Below are positions 23,076 through 31,926 of a DNA stretch of 40,281 nt, in pieces (the first letter of the stretch is position 1; every line of letters starts with the position of its first letter). The translations under genes and the position numbers were made by a program. Below the pieces are notes generated by a model, which made no database searches, was not told the DNA's origin, and saw nothing but the letters and a program-made list of their open reading frames with translations. The stretch is from Candidatus Eiseniibacteriota bacterium (GTDB lineage Bacteria; Eisenbacteria; RBG-16-71-46; DASYSL01), in contig JBKJNH010000240.1 of NCBI GenBank assembly GCA_046596055.1, positions 1 through 40,281 of the forward strand, written 5' to 3'.

Positions 23076-24836
23076 ATGTCTTCGTTTGCTTCGTGGATCA
23101 CTGCCCGAGTTGCGAGCTTTGTCGTGGTTCTCCCTCTCGTTCTCCTTGCCGCACTCCATTCGACCCCGGTCGCCGCCCAGTGGCTGCCGGATGGCGCCGC
23201 CGTCTGCACGGCTGCCGGTGACCAGACGCTCATTTCCGCGGTTCCCGACGGCAGCAGCGGTGTCATCGTGTTCTGGGAGGATCGGCGCGCGGTGCCGGCG
23301 CGCGTGCGGGCGCAGCGGCTGAACTCGGCAGGTGTTGCGCAGTGGGCTGCGGGCGGGATCGAGATCTCCTCGCTCGCCAGCGCGCAGACCGCACCGGTGG
23401 CGACGGGCGACGGCGTCGGTGGCGCCATCGTCGCGTGGGAGCAGGACGGCGGGGCGAGCGCGTACGACGTGTGGGCGCAGCGCGTCGACGGCGCGGGTGT
23501 GCGCCAGTGGGGCGCCAACGGCGTGGTCGTCGCCGGATCGAACGGCTCGCAGTGGAAGCCGCTCATCATTTCCGACTTCCGGCAAATCCTCGTGACGACG
23601 CCCGGTGCGCTCATCGCTTACGAGAGCACGGCGCTCGACGCTGGCGATCTGTACGTCGCGGCGCTCGACGCGAACGGTGCGGTGCGCTGGATCACCTTTG
23701 CCGCCGTTGGCCCGGGGCGGCAGGGGCCGGCTGCGCTCGTCAGCGATGGTAGCGGGACGACCGTGGCGAACCCGAAGGGCGCGATGCTCGCCTGGCGCGA
23801 CGAGCGCGTCAGCGCGGATCAGGGTGAGATCTACGCGCAGCGCGTGAGCTCGCTCGGCTCGCCGCTGTGGGCCGCCGGCGGAATGCAGGTCTGCGCGGCA
23901 GGGGCGCTCACCGGTGCACCGTCCCTGCTGCAGGTTGCCACGGGCACCGCGATCGTCGCCTGGCCACGCTTCACCGGACTGTCGCGTAGCGATATCGACA
24001 TCCGGGCCGATCGCATCGGTGGCGCCGGCAGCTGGGCCGTGAACGGTGTCGCGGTCTGTGACTTCGGCGGCCGGCGCGGCGACGTCGTGCTGGTGCGCGA
24101 CGCCGCATTCGGTGCCATTCTCGCGTGGCGCGATCAGCGCAATTTCTTCGAGCCGCGCGTCTACGCGCAGCGCATCGACCAGTTCGGCGTCGGGCGCTGG
24201 GCCGATGACGGCATCCCGATCGGCGAGGGCCTGGCCCCCGAGGCCTCCGTCGAGATCGGAAGCTCGGTTGCCGGCGGCGTGATCACCTGGACGGACAAGC
24301 GCTACGGCAACGACGACCTCTTCGCGCAGCGCATCGATTCGACCGGCACGAAGTTCTGGAACCCGTGGGGCGTGCCGGTGACACGCGCGGCGAATCTTCA
24401 GTACGAGCAGGTGGTGATCAGCGATGGCGCGAACGGGGCGATCGTCGTCTGGCACGACTACCGGGGTGCCGATGGCGACATCTATGCGCAGCGGCTGTTC
24501 GACGGCGGGATCGTGGACGTCGCGCCCCTTCCTTCCGCACCCGCCCTCCGGCTGCAGCTCGGCGCCGCCGTTCCGAATCCGTTGCGCGCGGGCTCCGCGT
24601 TCGCGCTCGACCTGCCCGCCGAGTCGCCGGTCGACGCCGAGGTCGTCGCCGTAGATGGTCGCCGTGTGCGCACGTTGCTCGCGCGGGAGGCGCGTCCGGC
24701 CGGCCGCTCGACGCTTCACTGGGACGGTCGCGACGAACGGGGCGCCTCCGTCCCGCCGGGGCTCTACTTCGTGCGGGTCGTTGCCGGGACCGCCAGCGCG
24801 GCGCAGCGCGTCGTGATCGCCCGGTCCGGTTCCTGA
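23076..24836 (+). CDS. Secreted 8-repeat protein with C-terminal FlgD-Ig/T9SS-type sorting-like domain
   Basis: ATG 23076, with GGAG 7 nt upstream; 586 aa. The signal peptide ends STPVAAQ. There are eight repeats of about 45-55 aa, of the type GAIVAW-D-R----DIYAQR-----G---W---G. The C-terminus is PNPLRAGSAFALDLPAESPVDAEVVAVDGRRVRTLL...LHWDGRDERGASVPPGLYFVRV. Confidence 0.75.
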   Translation: MSSFASWITARVASFVVVLPLVLLAALHSTPVAAQWLPDGAAVCTAAGDQTLISAVPDGSSGVIVFWEDRRAVPARVRAQRLNSAGVAQWAAGGIEISSLASAQTAPVATGDGVGGAIVAWEQDGGASAYDVWAQRVDGAGVRQWGANGVVVAGSNGSQWKPLIISDFRQILVTTPGALIAYESTALDAGDLYVAALDANGAVRWITFAAVGPGRQGPAALVSDGSGTTVANPKGAMLAWRDERVSADQGEIYAQRVSSLGSPLWAAGGMQVCAAGALTGAPSLLQVATGTAIVAWPRFTGLSRSDIDIRADRIGGAGSWAVNGVAVCDFGGRRGDVVLVRDAAFGAILAWRDQRNFFEPRVYAQRIDQFGVGRWADDGIPIGEGLAPEASVEIGSSVAGGVITWTDKRYGNDDLFAQRIDSTGTKFWNPWGVPVTRAANLQYEQVVISDGANGAIVVWHDYRGADGDIYAQRLFDGGIVDVAPLPSAPALRLQLGAAVPNPLRAGSAFALDLPAESPVDAEVVAVDGRRVRTLLAREARPAGRSTLHWDGRDERGASVPPGLYFVRVVAGTASAAQRVVIARSGS

Positions 24837-24916
24837 TACCCGACGTTCGCCCAACCGGCTATCCTCCCGCGCATGAGCACTCGCAAGCAGTCGGCGACTC
24901 CTCCGCGGAGACCGCA

Positions 24917-25732
24917 GTGACCAGGCCGGGCCGTTACGCCGGGAAGACCGTCGTCGTCACCGGGGCGAGCGGCGACCTGGGACGCGCCGTGGTCGCGGCA
25001 TTCGCAGCCGAGGGCGCGGCCCTCGGCCTCGTGTACGGGAAGAATCGCGCCGCGGCCGAGGCGCTGGTGGCCGATCCCGCGGTCGTGCCGTCGGGACGCG
25101 CGGTCGCGCTCGCCGGCGTCGACCTGACGGCATCGCCCGCGAAGGTTGGCAAGTCCGTGCACGCCGCCTGCGCCTCGATGCTCGACACGCTGGGCCGCTG
25201 CGACACGCTCGTGGCGCTCGCCGGCCTGCCCGCCACGCCCGTCCTGTGGCAGAAGTCGCTCGCCGAGGTGACGGCCGAGGACCTGCATTCCGCGTTCGCC
25301 ATCGACACCGTGGGCACGTTCTTGTTCGCGCAGGCGTTGGCGCCCGCGCTGACTGCGGCGAAGGGATCCATCGTGGTGACGAGTTCGTCGGCCGCGTTCT
25401 ACGGCGACGTGCTCGGCCTCGCGTTCGCGCCCGCGAAGAGCGCGAACGCCGGGCTCGTGAAGATGCTCGCGCGCGTGCTCGCGCCCGACGTGCGCGTCAA
25501 CGGCATCGCCCCGGGCGGAATCGCGACGGGCTGGCTGGCGACGCTCGACGATGGGCAGAAGGCGCATGCGGCGGAGCAGACGCTGGTGGGTCGGCTGGGC
25601 ACCTCGGCCGAGGTGGCGCAGGCGATCCTCGAGTTGGCCACCAACGGCTACCTGAACGGGCAGGTCGTACCGCTCGACGGCGGGATCTTCCCGCGTCCGA
25701 CGGCCGCCCATGCCCCCGAACGCGCGACGTAG
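24917..25732 (+). CDS. Short-chain dehydrogenase/reductase family protein (atypical active site)
   Basis: GTG 24917, with GGAG 6 nt upstream; 271 aa. The cofactor motif is VVVTGASGDLGRAV. It also has NGIAPGGIAT. Where classical SDRs have S-x12-Y-x3-K, this protein reads SSSAAFYGDVLGLAFAPAK, which by my manual alignment puts Phe at the Tyr position. Confidence 0.75.
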   Translation: MTRPGRYAGKTVVVTGASGDLGRAVVAAFAAEGAALGLVYGKNRAAAEALVADPAVVPSGRAVALAGVDLTASPAKVGKSVHAACASMLDTLGRCDTLVALAGLPATPVLWQKSLAEVTAEDLHSAFAIDTVGTFLFAQALAPALTAAKGSIVVTSSSAAFYGDVLGLAFAPAKSANAGLVKMLARVLAPDVRVNGIAPGGIATGWLATLDDGQKAHAAEQTLVGRLGTSAEVAQAILELATNGYLNGQVVPLDGGIFPRPTAAHAPERAT

Positions 25733-25789
25733 CGTTTCCGGTAAAGTTCACGATCAAGGGGTCCGCGTGTTCTGCCGATATCCCCCTGC

Positions 25790-27535
25790 GTGAACCCTTC
25801 TCCCCCGACTCCCGACAGTCCCGCGGCGATCATCGCCCGCGAGAGCCGGCAGCGCCGTCGCCTGGCGGCGCTGCTCGACGTGAGTCGTCTCGTCGCCTCC
25901 TCGCTCGACCCGCAGGCGATCCTCGAGACCGTCGCCGACAAGATGAGCGACCTCGTGGGCGCCACCGAGGTGACGATCTTCGGCGTCGACGACGACGGAC
26001 TTCTGTTGCTGCCGCTCGTCGCCCGCGTCGAGGAGAAGTACATGGCCGACGTGATGCGCATGCGCATCAAGATCGGCGAGGGGATCACGGGCTTCGTGTT
26101 CACCAGCGGCGTCCCCGAGATCATCGGTCACGCCGAGACCGACTCCCGCGCCGTGCAGGTGCAGGGCACGCCCGAGGACGAGGCCACGTCGCTGGTCTGC
26201 GTGCCGTTCTCGGTGCACGACCGGGTGGCTGGAGTGATCGTGCTCTCGCGCTACGGCGTCGACCAGTTCACGCCCGAGGATCTCGAGATCGTCACCATCT
26301 TCGCCGGCCACTGCTCGGTCGCGTTCGCCAACGCGGGCCTGTTCGCCGACCTGCGCAAGGCGTTCGAGGAGCTGCGGGCCACGCAGAACCAGCTCGTGCA
26401 GTCGGCCAAGCTCAACGCCCTCGGCGAGATGGCGTCGGGCGTGGCCCACGACTTCAACAACATGCTCGCCGCGATCCTGGGGCGCACGCAGCTGCTGCTC
26501 GCACGCGCCGAGGATCCCGAGACGCGCCGCTCGCTCGAGCTGATCGAGCAGACCGCGCAGGACGGCGCGCAGACGGTCCGTCGCATCCAGGAGTTCACGC
26601 GCGTGCGCATGGACGAGGTGCTCGACGAGGTCGACCTCAACCGCATCCTGCTCGACGTCGTCGAGCTGACGCGGCCGTCGTGGCAGACGCAGGCCAAGGC
26701 GCACGGGGCGGTCATCGACATCGTCAAGGACCTGGCGCCGGTCGCGCTGGTCGCGGGCAGCGCGTCCGAGCTGCGCGAGGTGTTCACCAACCTGGTGCTC
26801 AATGCGGTGGACGCGATGCATCGCGGCGGCACGCTCTCGCTCACCACCGAACTCGAGGACGGGCGCGTGATCGCCACCGTGTCCGACACGGGCCACGGGA
26901 TGGACGACCAGGTGCAGGCACGCTGCTTCGATCCGTTCTTCACGACGAAGGCGGTCAAGGGAACCGGGCTGGGCTTGAGCGTCGCCTACGGCATCCTCGG
27001 GCGTCACAAGGCGACGATCGAGGTGACGAGCGTCCCGCACGAGGGGACGACGTTCCGCCTCGCGTTTCCGCTGCGCGCCGGCGTGCGCGTGCCGGCCAGC
27101 GCGCCGGATGCGGCAGGGGACATCGGCTCGTTCCGCGCGCTCGTCATCGACGACGAACCGGCGGTGCTCTCCGTCCTCACCGAGTTGCTCGAGGCGCTGG
27201 GCCATGCGCCCACGCCGGCGCTGGGCGGTCCCGAGGGGATGGCGCGGCTGCGCGAGCTCGTCGCGGCGGGAGCCGCGGCGATGCCCGAGGTCATCTTCAC
27301 CGACCTGGGCATGCCGGGCGTGGGCGGTTGGGACATCGCGGCCGAGGCCAAGCGCATCGCCCCCGACGCCGCGGTCGTGCTGGTGACCGGCTGGGGCGTG
27401 CAGCTCGAGGTCGAGAGTGCACGTGCCAAGGGCATCGACTTCCTCCTCGGCAAGCCGTTCACCGTCGAGGACGTCGAGTCGACGCTGCGCAAGATCCGTC
27501 GCCTTCGCGATGCCGGAGTGCGCGAGGCCGCCTAG
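25790..27535 (+). CDS. GAF-HisKA-HATPase_c-REC hybrid histidine kinase
   Basis: 581 aa. The GAF region is GEGITGFVFTSGVPEII. The H-box is LGEMASGVAHDFNNML. The HATPase region is NAVDAM...DTGHGM...GTGLGLSVAYG. The REC region is ALVIDDEP...IFTDLGMPGVGG...LGKPF. Confidence 0.9.
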   Translation: MNPSPPTPDSPAAIIARESRQRRRLAALLDVSRLVASSLDPQAILETVADKMSDLVGATEVTIFGVDDDGLLLLPLVARVEEKYMADVMRMRIKIGEGITGFVFTSGVPEIIGHAETDSRAVQVQGTPEDEATSLVCVPFSVHDRVAGVIVLSRYGVDQFTPEDLEIVTIFAGHCSVAFANAGLFADLRKAFEELRATQNQLVQSAKLNALGEMASGVAHDFNNMLAAILGRTQLLLARAEDPETRRSLELIEQTAQDGAQTVRRIQEFTRVRMDEVLDEVDLNRILLDVVELTRPSWQTQAKAHGAVIDIVKDLAPVALVAGSASELREVFTNLVLNAVDAMHRGGTLSLTTELEDGRVIATVSDTGHGMDDQVQARCFDPFFTTKAVKGTGLGLSVAYGILGRHKATIEVTSVPHEGTTFRLAFPLRAGVRVPASAPDAAGDIGSFRALVIDDEPAVLSVLTELLEALGHAPTPALGGPEGMARLRELVAAGAAAMPEVIFTDLGMPGVGGWDIAAEAKRIAPDAAVVLVTGWGVQLEVESARAKGIDFLLGKPFTVEDVESTLRKIRRLRDAGVREAA

Positions 27536-27536
27536 G

Positions 27537-28184
27537 CTACTCCGTCGCTCCGGCGCCCGCGCCCGCGGGCAGCTCGCCCTTCGCCTCCAGCGCCTCCTTC
27601 GTCATGCGCACCAGCTCCGTTCCCGTCGGCAATCCCCCCGAAATCATCCAGATGATGCGCCCCTTCTTGTTGATCAGGAACGCGCCCGGGCGCGGGTTCG
27701 ACGACACCGGGTCGTACATGCCGTAGGTGCGCGCCGTCACCGAGGCGCGGTCGGTCAACAGGGGCAGCTTCGGCGCGGCGACCCAGTCGCGCTGCCGGTC
27801 GCGGCCGAACGGTGCCAGCACGACCGCGCCGATGCCGAGCCCGGCCAGGCCGTCGGCGGCCGCCTCGATGTCGGCGCTCTCCTGGGGATGGCGGACGAAG
27901 ATGAGCAGCCAGGGCTTCGCGCGGCGCTCCGCCATGAGATGAAACGTGCGGCCGTCCTGGTCGCGCAGGTTGACGTCGGGCGCGGGGTCGCCCACCAGGT
28001 AGCGTCCGATGCCGGTCGAGGCCGGGCTCGGCGACTCGAAGTTCTCGTCGCCGGGATCCGTCACGGGTCGGGGCTGGACGTTCTTTTCGGGATCCTGCGC
28101 CCGGGCGGGATCCGTCGTCGCGCAGAGGATGCACAGCAAAAGCGCGCCCGGGACGACGTGCGCGAGGCGAATCGGTGTGCGCAT
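27537..28184 (-). CDS. Secreted redoxin/AhpC-TSA-fold protein lacking any cysteine in the mature part
   Basis: The signal peptide ends PARAQD. The fold pattern is DVNLRDQDGRTFHL...KPWLLIFVRHPQESADIE...GAVVLAPF...LPLLTDRASVTARTYGM...GAFLINKKGRIIW. The position of the peroxidatic Cys motif reads HPQESA. Confidence 0.65.
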   Translation of the reverse strand: MRTPIRLAHVVPGALLLCILCATTDPARAQDPEKNVQPRPVTDPGDENFESPSPASTGIGRYLVGDPAPDVNLRDQDGRTFHLMAERRAKPWLLIFVRHPQESADIEAAADGLAGLGIGAVVLAPFGRDRQRDWVAAPKLPLLTDRASVTARTYGMYDPVSSNPRPGAFLINKKGRIIWMISGGLPTGTELVRMTKEALEAKGELPAGAGAGATE

Positions 28185-28205
28185 GGCCGAACCTCCCGGC
28201 CGGGG

Positions 28206-29213
28206 TCAAGCGCGGGCGAGCACCGCCTCGCGCAAGGCGTCCAGCCGTTCTGGGGGAGTCGCCGGATGAATCGAGCAGCCGGGCGCGATGATCCAGCCCC
28301 GGCCGCCGGTGTCCGCGAAGCCACGCTCGAGTTGCGACAGCGCGAGCGCGTCGTCCGCGGCGACGAGGGCGTCATCGTGGCCGATGCCCCCGATCATCGC
28401 TCCGCGCACGAGCGGTCGTGCCGCGCGCAGGTCGAGGTTGCCGTCGGCGGTCGAGTCCCACGAGACCGCGGCGACGGGATAGTCGGTGAGGGACGCGAGG
28501 TAGTTGTTCGGACGGCAGACGTGCAGGAGGTTGAACGGCGCCCCGGCGGCGCGCGCGAGAACCCGCAGGTCGTAGGGCGTCGCGAAGGCGCGATACGCGG
28601 CAGGTGACCACGCCCGATCGGCGGTCGCCCACTCGACGGTGGCGAAGTAGATGCCGTCGGCGCCCGCGGCGAGCGCCTTGGGCACGAAGTCCTCGAACGT
28701 CCTCGTCACGGTCTCGACGGCGCCGCGCACCGCGTCGGGGTCGGTCGCCATGACGCGCTCGACGGAGCTCGTGCTCTCGGCCATGTCGGTGACGATCGCG
28801 AGCGGCGAGAACACGGTTTCGACCAGCAGCACGTCGGGCGGCAGGCCGGCCCGCACCAGGCGGATCGCCTCGAGCTGCTCGCCCAGCGCGCCGGCATCGC
28901 CGGGCACGGGCTTCATCGAGCGGAAGTCGCGGGAGGTCCGCAGCGGGAACGACTGGCGGGTGGGCTTGTCGAGGGCGTGTCGCGGGGTGGAGTAGCCGAG
29001 GCCCCAGGGCTCGCCGTGGTACGAGGCGCGAGGGTTCAGCTTGACGAAGTCCCAGTCGTGGCGCTCGCGGCGCTCGAGGGTCTGCGTGGCGAGGTCCGCG
29101 GCGGATCCCTCGCGGTCGTAAATGTGGCCCCAGAACGACATCGGCGGTCGATCCACGGGATCGCCGGCCAGCGTCGCGAACACCCGGTCCCGTCGCGAAG
29201 CGAAGTCAGTCAA
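28206..29213 (-). CDS. Uroporphyrinogen decarboxylase (URO-D) family protein, non-HemE type
   Basis: The start is re-set to TTG 29213, with GGAGG 6 nt upstream; 335 aa. Motifs are DRPPMSFWGHIY, VETVFSPLAIV and ADGIYFATVEWA. It lacks the HemE N-terminal PVWxMRQAGR motif. Confidence 0.65.
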   Translation of the reverse strand: MTDFASRRDRVFATLAGDPVDRPPMSFWGHIYDREGSAADLATQTLERRERHDWDFVKLNPRASYHGEPWGLGYSTPRHALDKPTRQSFPLRTSRDFRSMKPVPGDAGALGEQLEAIRLVRAGLPPDVLLVETVFSPLAIVTDMAESTSSVERVMATDPDAVRGAVETVTRTFEDFVPKALAAGADGIYFATVEWATADRAWSPAAYRAFATPYDLRVLARAAGAPFNLLHVCRPNNYLASLTDYPVAAVSWDSTADGNLDLRAARPLVRGAMIGGIGHDDALVAADDALALSQLERGFADTGGRGWIIAPGCSIHPATPPERLDALREAVLARA

Positions 29214-29259
29214 TGCGCACCTCCGGTAGGCAGTGTACGCCCGCGGCGCGCGCGGAGCA

Positions 29260-29289
29260 ATGGAACGCGGGCGCATGGAACGCGGGCGC
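29260..29289. repeat. Exact tandem duplication of the 15-mer ATGGAACGCGGGCGC
   Basis: It was read directly, in the divergent spacer between the UROD-like gene and rfaE1. Confidence 0.9.
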
Positions 29290-29391
29290 GGGCCGCGCCC
29301 AGCGGGCGGGGTCCTTGTTCCGCGGGGGGCCGGATGGTAGCTTTCGGGCGCGTCCTTCCCGCCCGATCGGCGTCCGTCCCGAGGATCCCCC

Positions 29392-30411
29392 GTGCCCGTT
29401 CCCACCGCCGCGGCAGCCCGCGACCTCGTCTCCCGCTTTCGCGGGCGGCGCATCGCCGTCTTCGGCGACCTCATGCTCGACCGCTACCTGTGGGGCCGCG
29501 TCGAGCGGATCTCCCCCGAGGCTCCGGTTCCCGTCGTCGCCATCGACCAGGAGACGTTCTCCCTGGGCGGCGCCGCCAACGTCGCGAACAACCTGGCCGC
29601 GCTCGGGGCCGCGCCACGCCTCGTGGGTCTCGTCGGCGACGACGTCTCGGGCCGCACGCTGGCCGCGGATCTCTCCGCGCGCGGCGTCGACGTGACCGGC
29701 CTGGTCGTCGATCGCACGCGGCGCACGACCGTCAAGACGCGCATCATCGCCCACCAGCAGCAGGTCGTCCGCGCCGACGAGGAGGATTCGTTCGACGTCG
29801 CCGGGGCCGCCGCCGCCGGGCTCGACGCGGCGCTCGCGACCGCGCTCGACGGCGCCGAGGCGATCGTCGTCTCCGACTACGGCAAGGGCGCGATCACCGC
29901 CGCCGGGCTCGATGCGTTGCTCGCTCGCGCGGGCGTCAAGCGCGTGCCCGTCTGCGTCGATCCCAAGGAGACCCACTTCTTCTCTTACACCGGCGCGGCC
30001 GTGCTGACGCCGAACGTGCATGAGGCCGGCCGCGCGTTCGGGCGCACGATCAAGGACGACGCGACGCTGCTCGCCGCCGGCGAGGACCTGCGCGCGCGCC
30101 TCGACGCCGACGCCATGCTGATCACGCGTGGCGCCGAGGGCATGAGCCTGTTCGAGCGCGGCGGACGGCTGACGCACCTGCCGACCGTGGCGCGCGAGGT
30201 CTTCGATGTCACCGGCGCGGGCGACACGGTGGTCTCGGTGTATGCGCTGGCGCTGGCCGCCGGCGCCGAGCCGCCGCTGGCGGCGTACCTGGCGAACCAC
30301 GCGGCCGGGCTCGTCGTCCGCCATGCGGGCACCGCGGTGACCGACGGCGCGGAACTGCTGGCCTCGCTCGAGGCCTCGATCGTCACGGAGCCGACAAAGG
30401 CCGTGTCGTGA
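29392..30411 (+). CDS. rfaE1: D-glycero-beta-D-manno-heptose-7-phosphate kinase (RfaE domain I)
   Basis: GTG start, with GAGGA 6 nt upstream. Motifs are IAVFGDLMLDRYLWGRVERISPEAPVPVV, GGAANVANNLAALGA and a C-terminal DVTGAGDTV. It belongs to the PfkB/ribokinase family. Confidence 0.85.
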   Translation: MPVPTAAAARDLVSRFRGRRIAVFGDLMLDRYLWGRVERISPEAPVPVVAIDQETFSLGGAANVANNLAALGAAPRLVGLVGDDVSGRTLAADLSARGVDVTGLVVDRTRRTTVKTRIIAHQQQVVRADEEDSFDVAGAAAAGLDAALATALDGAEAIVVSDYGKGAITAAGLDALLARAGVKRVPVCVDPKETHFFSYTGAAVLTPNVHEAGRAFGRTIKDDATLLAAGEDLRARLDADAMLITRGAEGMSLFERGGRLTHLPTVAREVFDVTGAGDTVVSVYALALAAGAEPPLAAYLANHAAGLVVRHAGTAVTDGAELLASLEASIVTEPTKAVS

Positions 30412-30914
30412 GCGACGCGGGCCTCGTGCTCGATCGCGCGGCGGCCGCGGCGCAGGTGGAACAATGGCGCGCTGCGGGCGAGAGCGTCGTCTTCACCAAT
30501 GGCGTGTTCGACCTGGTGCATCGCGGGCATGTTGCTTCGCTCGCCGGGGCGCGTGCGAAGGGCGATCGCCTCGTGGTGGGCGTCAACGACGACGAATCCG
30601 TGCGGCGTCTCAAGGGCCCCAATCGCCCGCTCGCGCCGCTCGAGGACCGCATGGGCGTCCTCGCCGCACTGCGCGCCGTCGACCTGGTGACGCAGTTCGC
30701 CGAGGACACGCCCGAGGAACTGATTCGCGTGCTGCGGCCCGACGTGCTGGTCAAGGGCGCGGACTACAAGGTGGAGGACGTGGCCGGCGGGGCGTTCGTG
30801 CGTTCGTACGGCGGTCGCGTCGAGACGGTGGATCTGGTGCCGGGCCGCTCGACCTCGTCCTTCGTCGAGCGCGTGCTCGAGCGCTACGCTCGTTCCGACG
30901 AATCGCCGTCCTGA
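30408..30914 (+). CDS. rfaE2: D-glycero-beta-D-manno-heptose 1-phosphate adenylyltransferase (RfaE domain II)
   Basis: GTGA overlap with rfaE1. Cytidylyltransferase motifs are VVFTNGVFDLVHRGHV, VGVNDDESVRRLKGPNRP and LVKGADY. Confidence 0.85.
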   Translation: MSDAGLVLDRAAAAAQVEQWRAAGESVVFTNGVFDLVHRGHVASLAGARAKGDRLVVGVNDDESVRRLKGPNRPLAPLEDRMGVLAALRAVDLVTQFAEDTPEELIRVLRPDVLVKGADYKVEDVAGGAFVRSYGGRVETVDLVPGRSTSSFVERVLERYARSDESPS

Positions 30915-30939
30915 CATTCGAAGATCGAGGGGAGAACGC

Positions 30940-31917
30940 ATGGCGGATCGCACGCTGGTCCAGGCGGTGAACGACGGGTTGCGCGAGGGCATGCGTCGCG
31001 ATGCCGACGTCATCGTGCTGGGCGAGGATATCGGGAAGGCCGGCGGCGTCTTTCGCGCCACCGAGGGCCTGCTCGAGGAGTTCGGCCCCGGCCGCGTGCT
31101 CGACACGCCGCTGGCCGAGAACGGAATCGTCGGCGCGGCGATCGGCATGGCGCTGTACGGGCTCCGTCCGGTCGCCGAGATCCAGTTCTCGGACTTCATC
31201 TTCCCCGCCTTCGACCAGATCGTGTCGGAAGCCGCGAAGATGCGTTACCGCTCGAACGGGCAGTACAGCTCGCCGATCGTCGTCCGGGCACCCGTCGGCG
31301 GCGGCATCAAGGGCGGGCTCTATCACTCGCAGAGCCCCGAGGCCTACTTCGCGCACACGCCCGGCCTCGTCGTCGTCACGCCGAGCACGCCCGCCGACGC
31401 GAAGGGCCTGCTGATGAGCGCGCTCCAGTCGCCCGACCCGGTGATGTTCCTCGAGCCCAAGCGGCTGTATCGCACCGCAAAGGCCGACGTGCCCGACGGC
31501 GTGCACGAAGAGCCGCTGGGCGTCGCGCGCATCGCGTGCGAAGGCACCGACGTCACGGTGCTCACCTACGGCTCGATGACGCCGACCTGCCTCGAGGCCG
31601 CCGCCGAGTTCGCCGCCGCGGGCGGCCCCTCGGTCGAGGTGCTCGACCTGCGCACGCTCGTGCCGCTCGACGCCGCCGCGGTGCTCGCCTCCGTGCGAAA
31701 GACCGGGCGTTGCGTCATCGTCCACGAGGCGCCGCGCACCTGCGGGTTCGGGGCCGAGCTCGCGGCGCTCGTCGCCGAGCGCGCGCTGGGCTCGTTGCTG
31801 GGTCCAATCGCGCGCGTCGCCGGATTCGACACGCCGTTTCCGTACACGCTGGAACACGTCTACCTGCCCGATGCGCGCCGCGTGACCCGCGCCGTCGAGC
31901 ACGTCATGGCCGGATAA
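30940..31917 (+). CDS. 2-oxoacid dehydrogenase E1 component beta subunit (BCKDH/PDH heterotetramer type)
   Basis: 325 aa, with motifs VIVLGEDIGKAGGVFRATEGL, RVLDTPLAENGIVGAAIGMA, EIQFSDFIFPAFDQIV and PDPVMFLEPKRLYR. Confidence 0.9.
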   Translation: MADRTLVQAVNDGLREGMRRDADVIVLGEDIGKAGGVFRATEGLLEEFGPGRVLDTPLAENGIVGAAIGMALYGLRPVAEIQFSDFIFPAFDQIVSEAAKMRYRSNGQYSSPIVVRAPVGGGIKGGLYHSQSPEAYFAHTPGLVVVTPSTPADAKGLLMSALQSPDPVMFLEPKRLYRTAKADVPDGVHEEPLGVARIACEGTDVTVLTYGSMTPTCLEAAAEFAAAGGPSVEVLDLRTLVPLDAAAVLASVRKTGRCVIVHEAPRTCGFGAELAALVAERALGSLLGPIARVAGFDTPFPYTLEHVYLPDARRVTRAVEHVMAG

Positions 31918-31926
31918 GGGGGCATC

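Noticed and set aside
22947-24854. 636-codon N-terminal extension of the comM ORF (track ORF 21408..24854)
   Set aside because: The extension is antisense to the 8-repeat secreted protein gene and has no domain content. The conserved ComM N-terminus begins at 22946.
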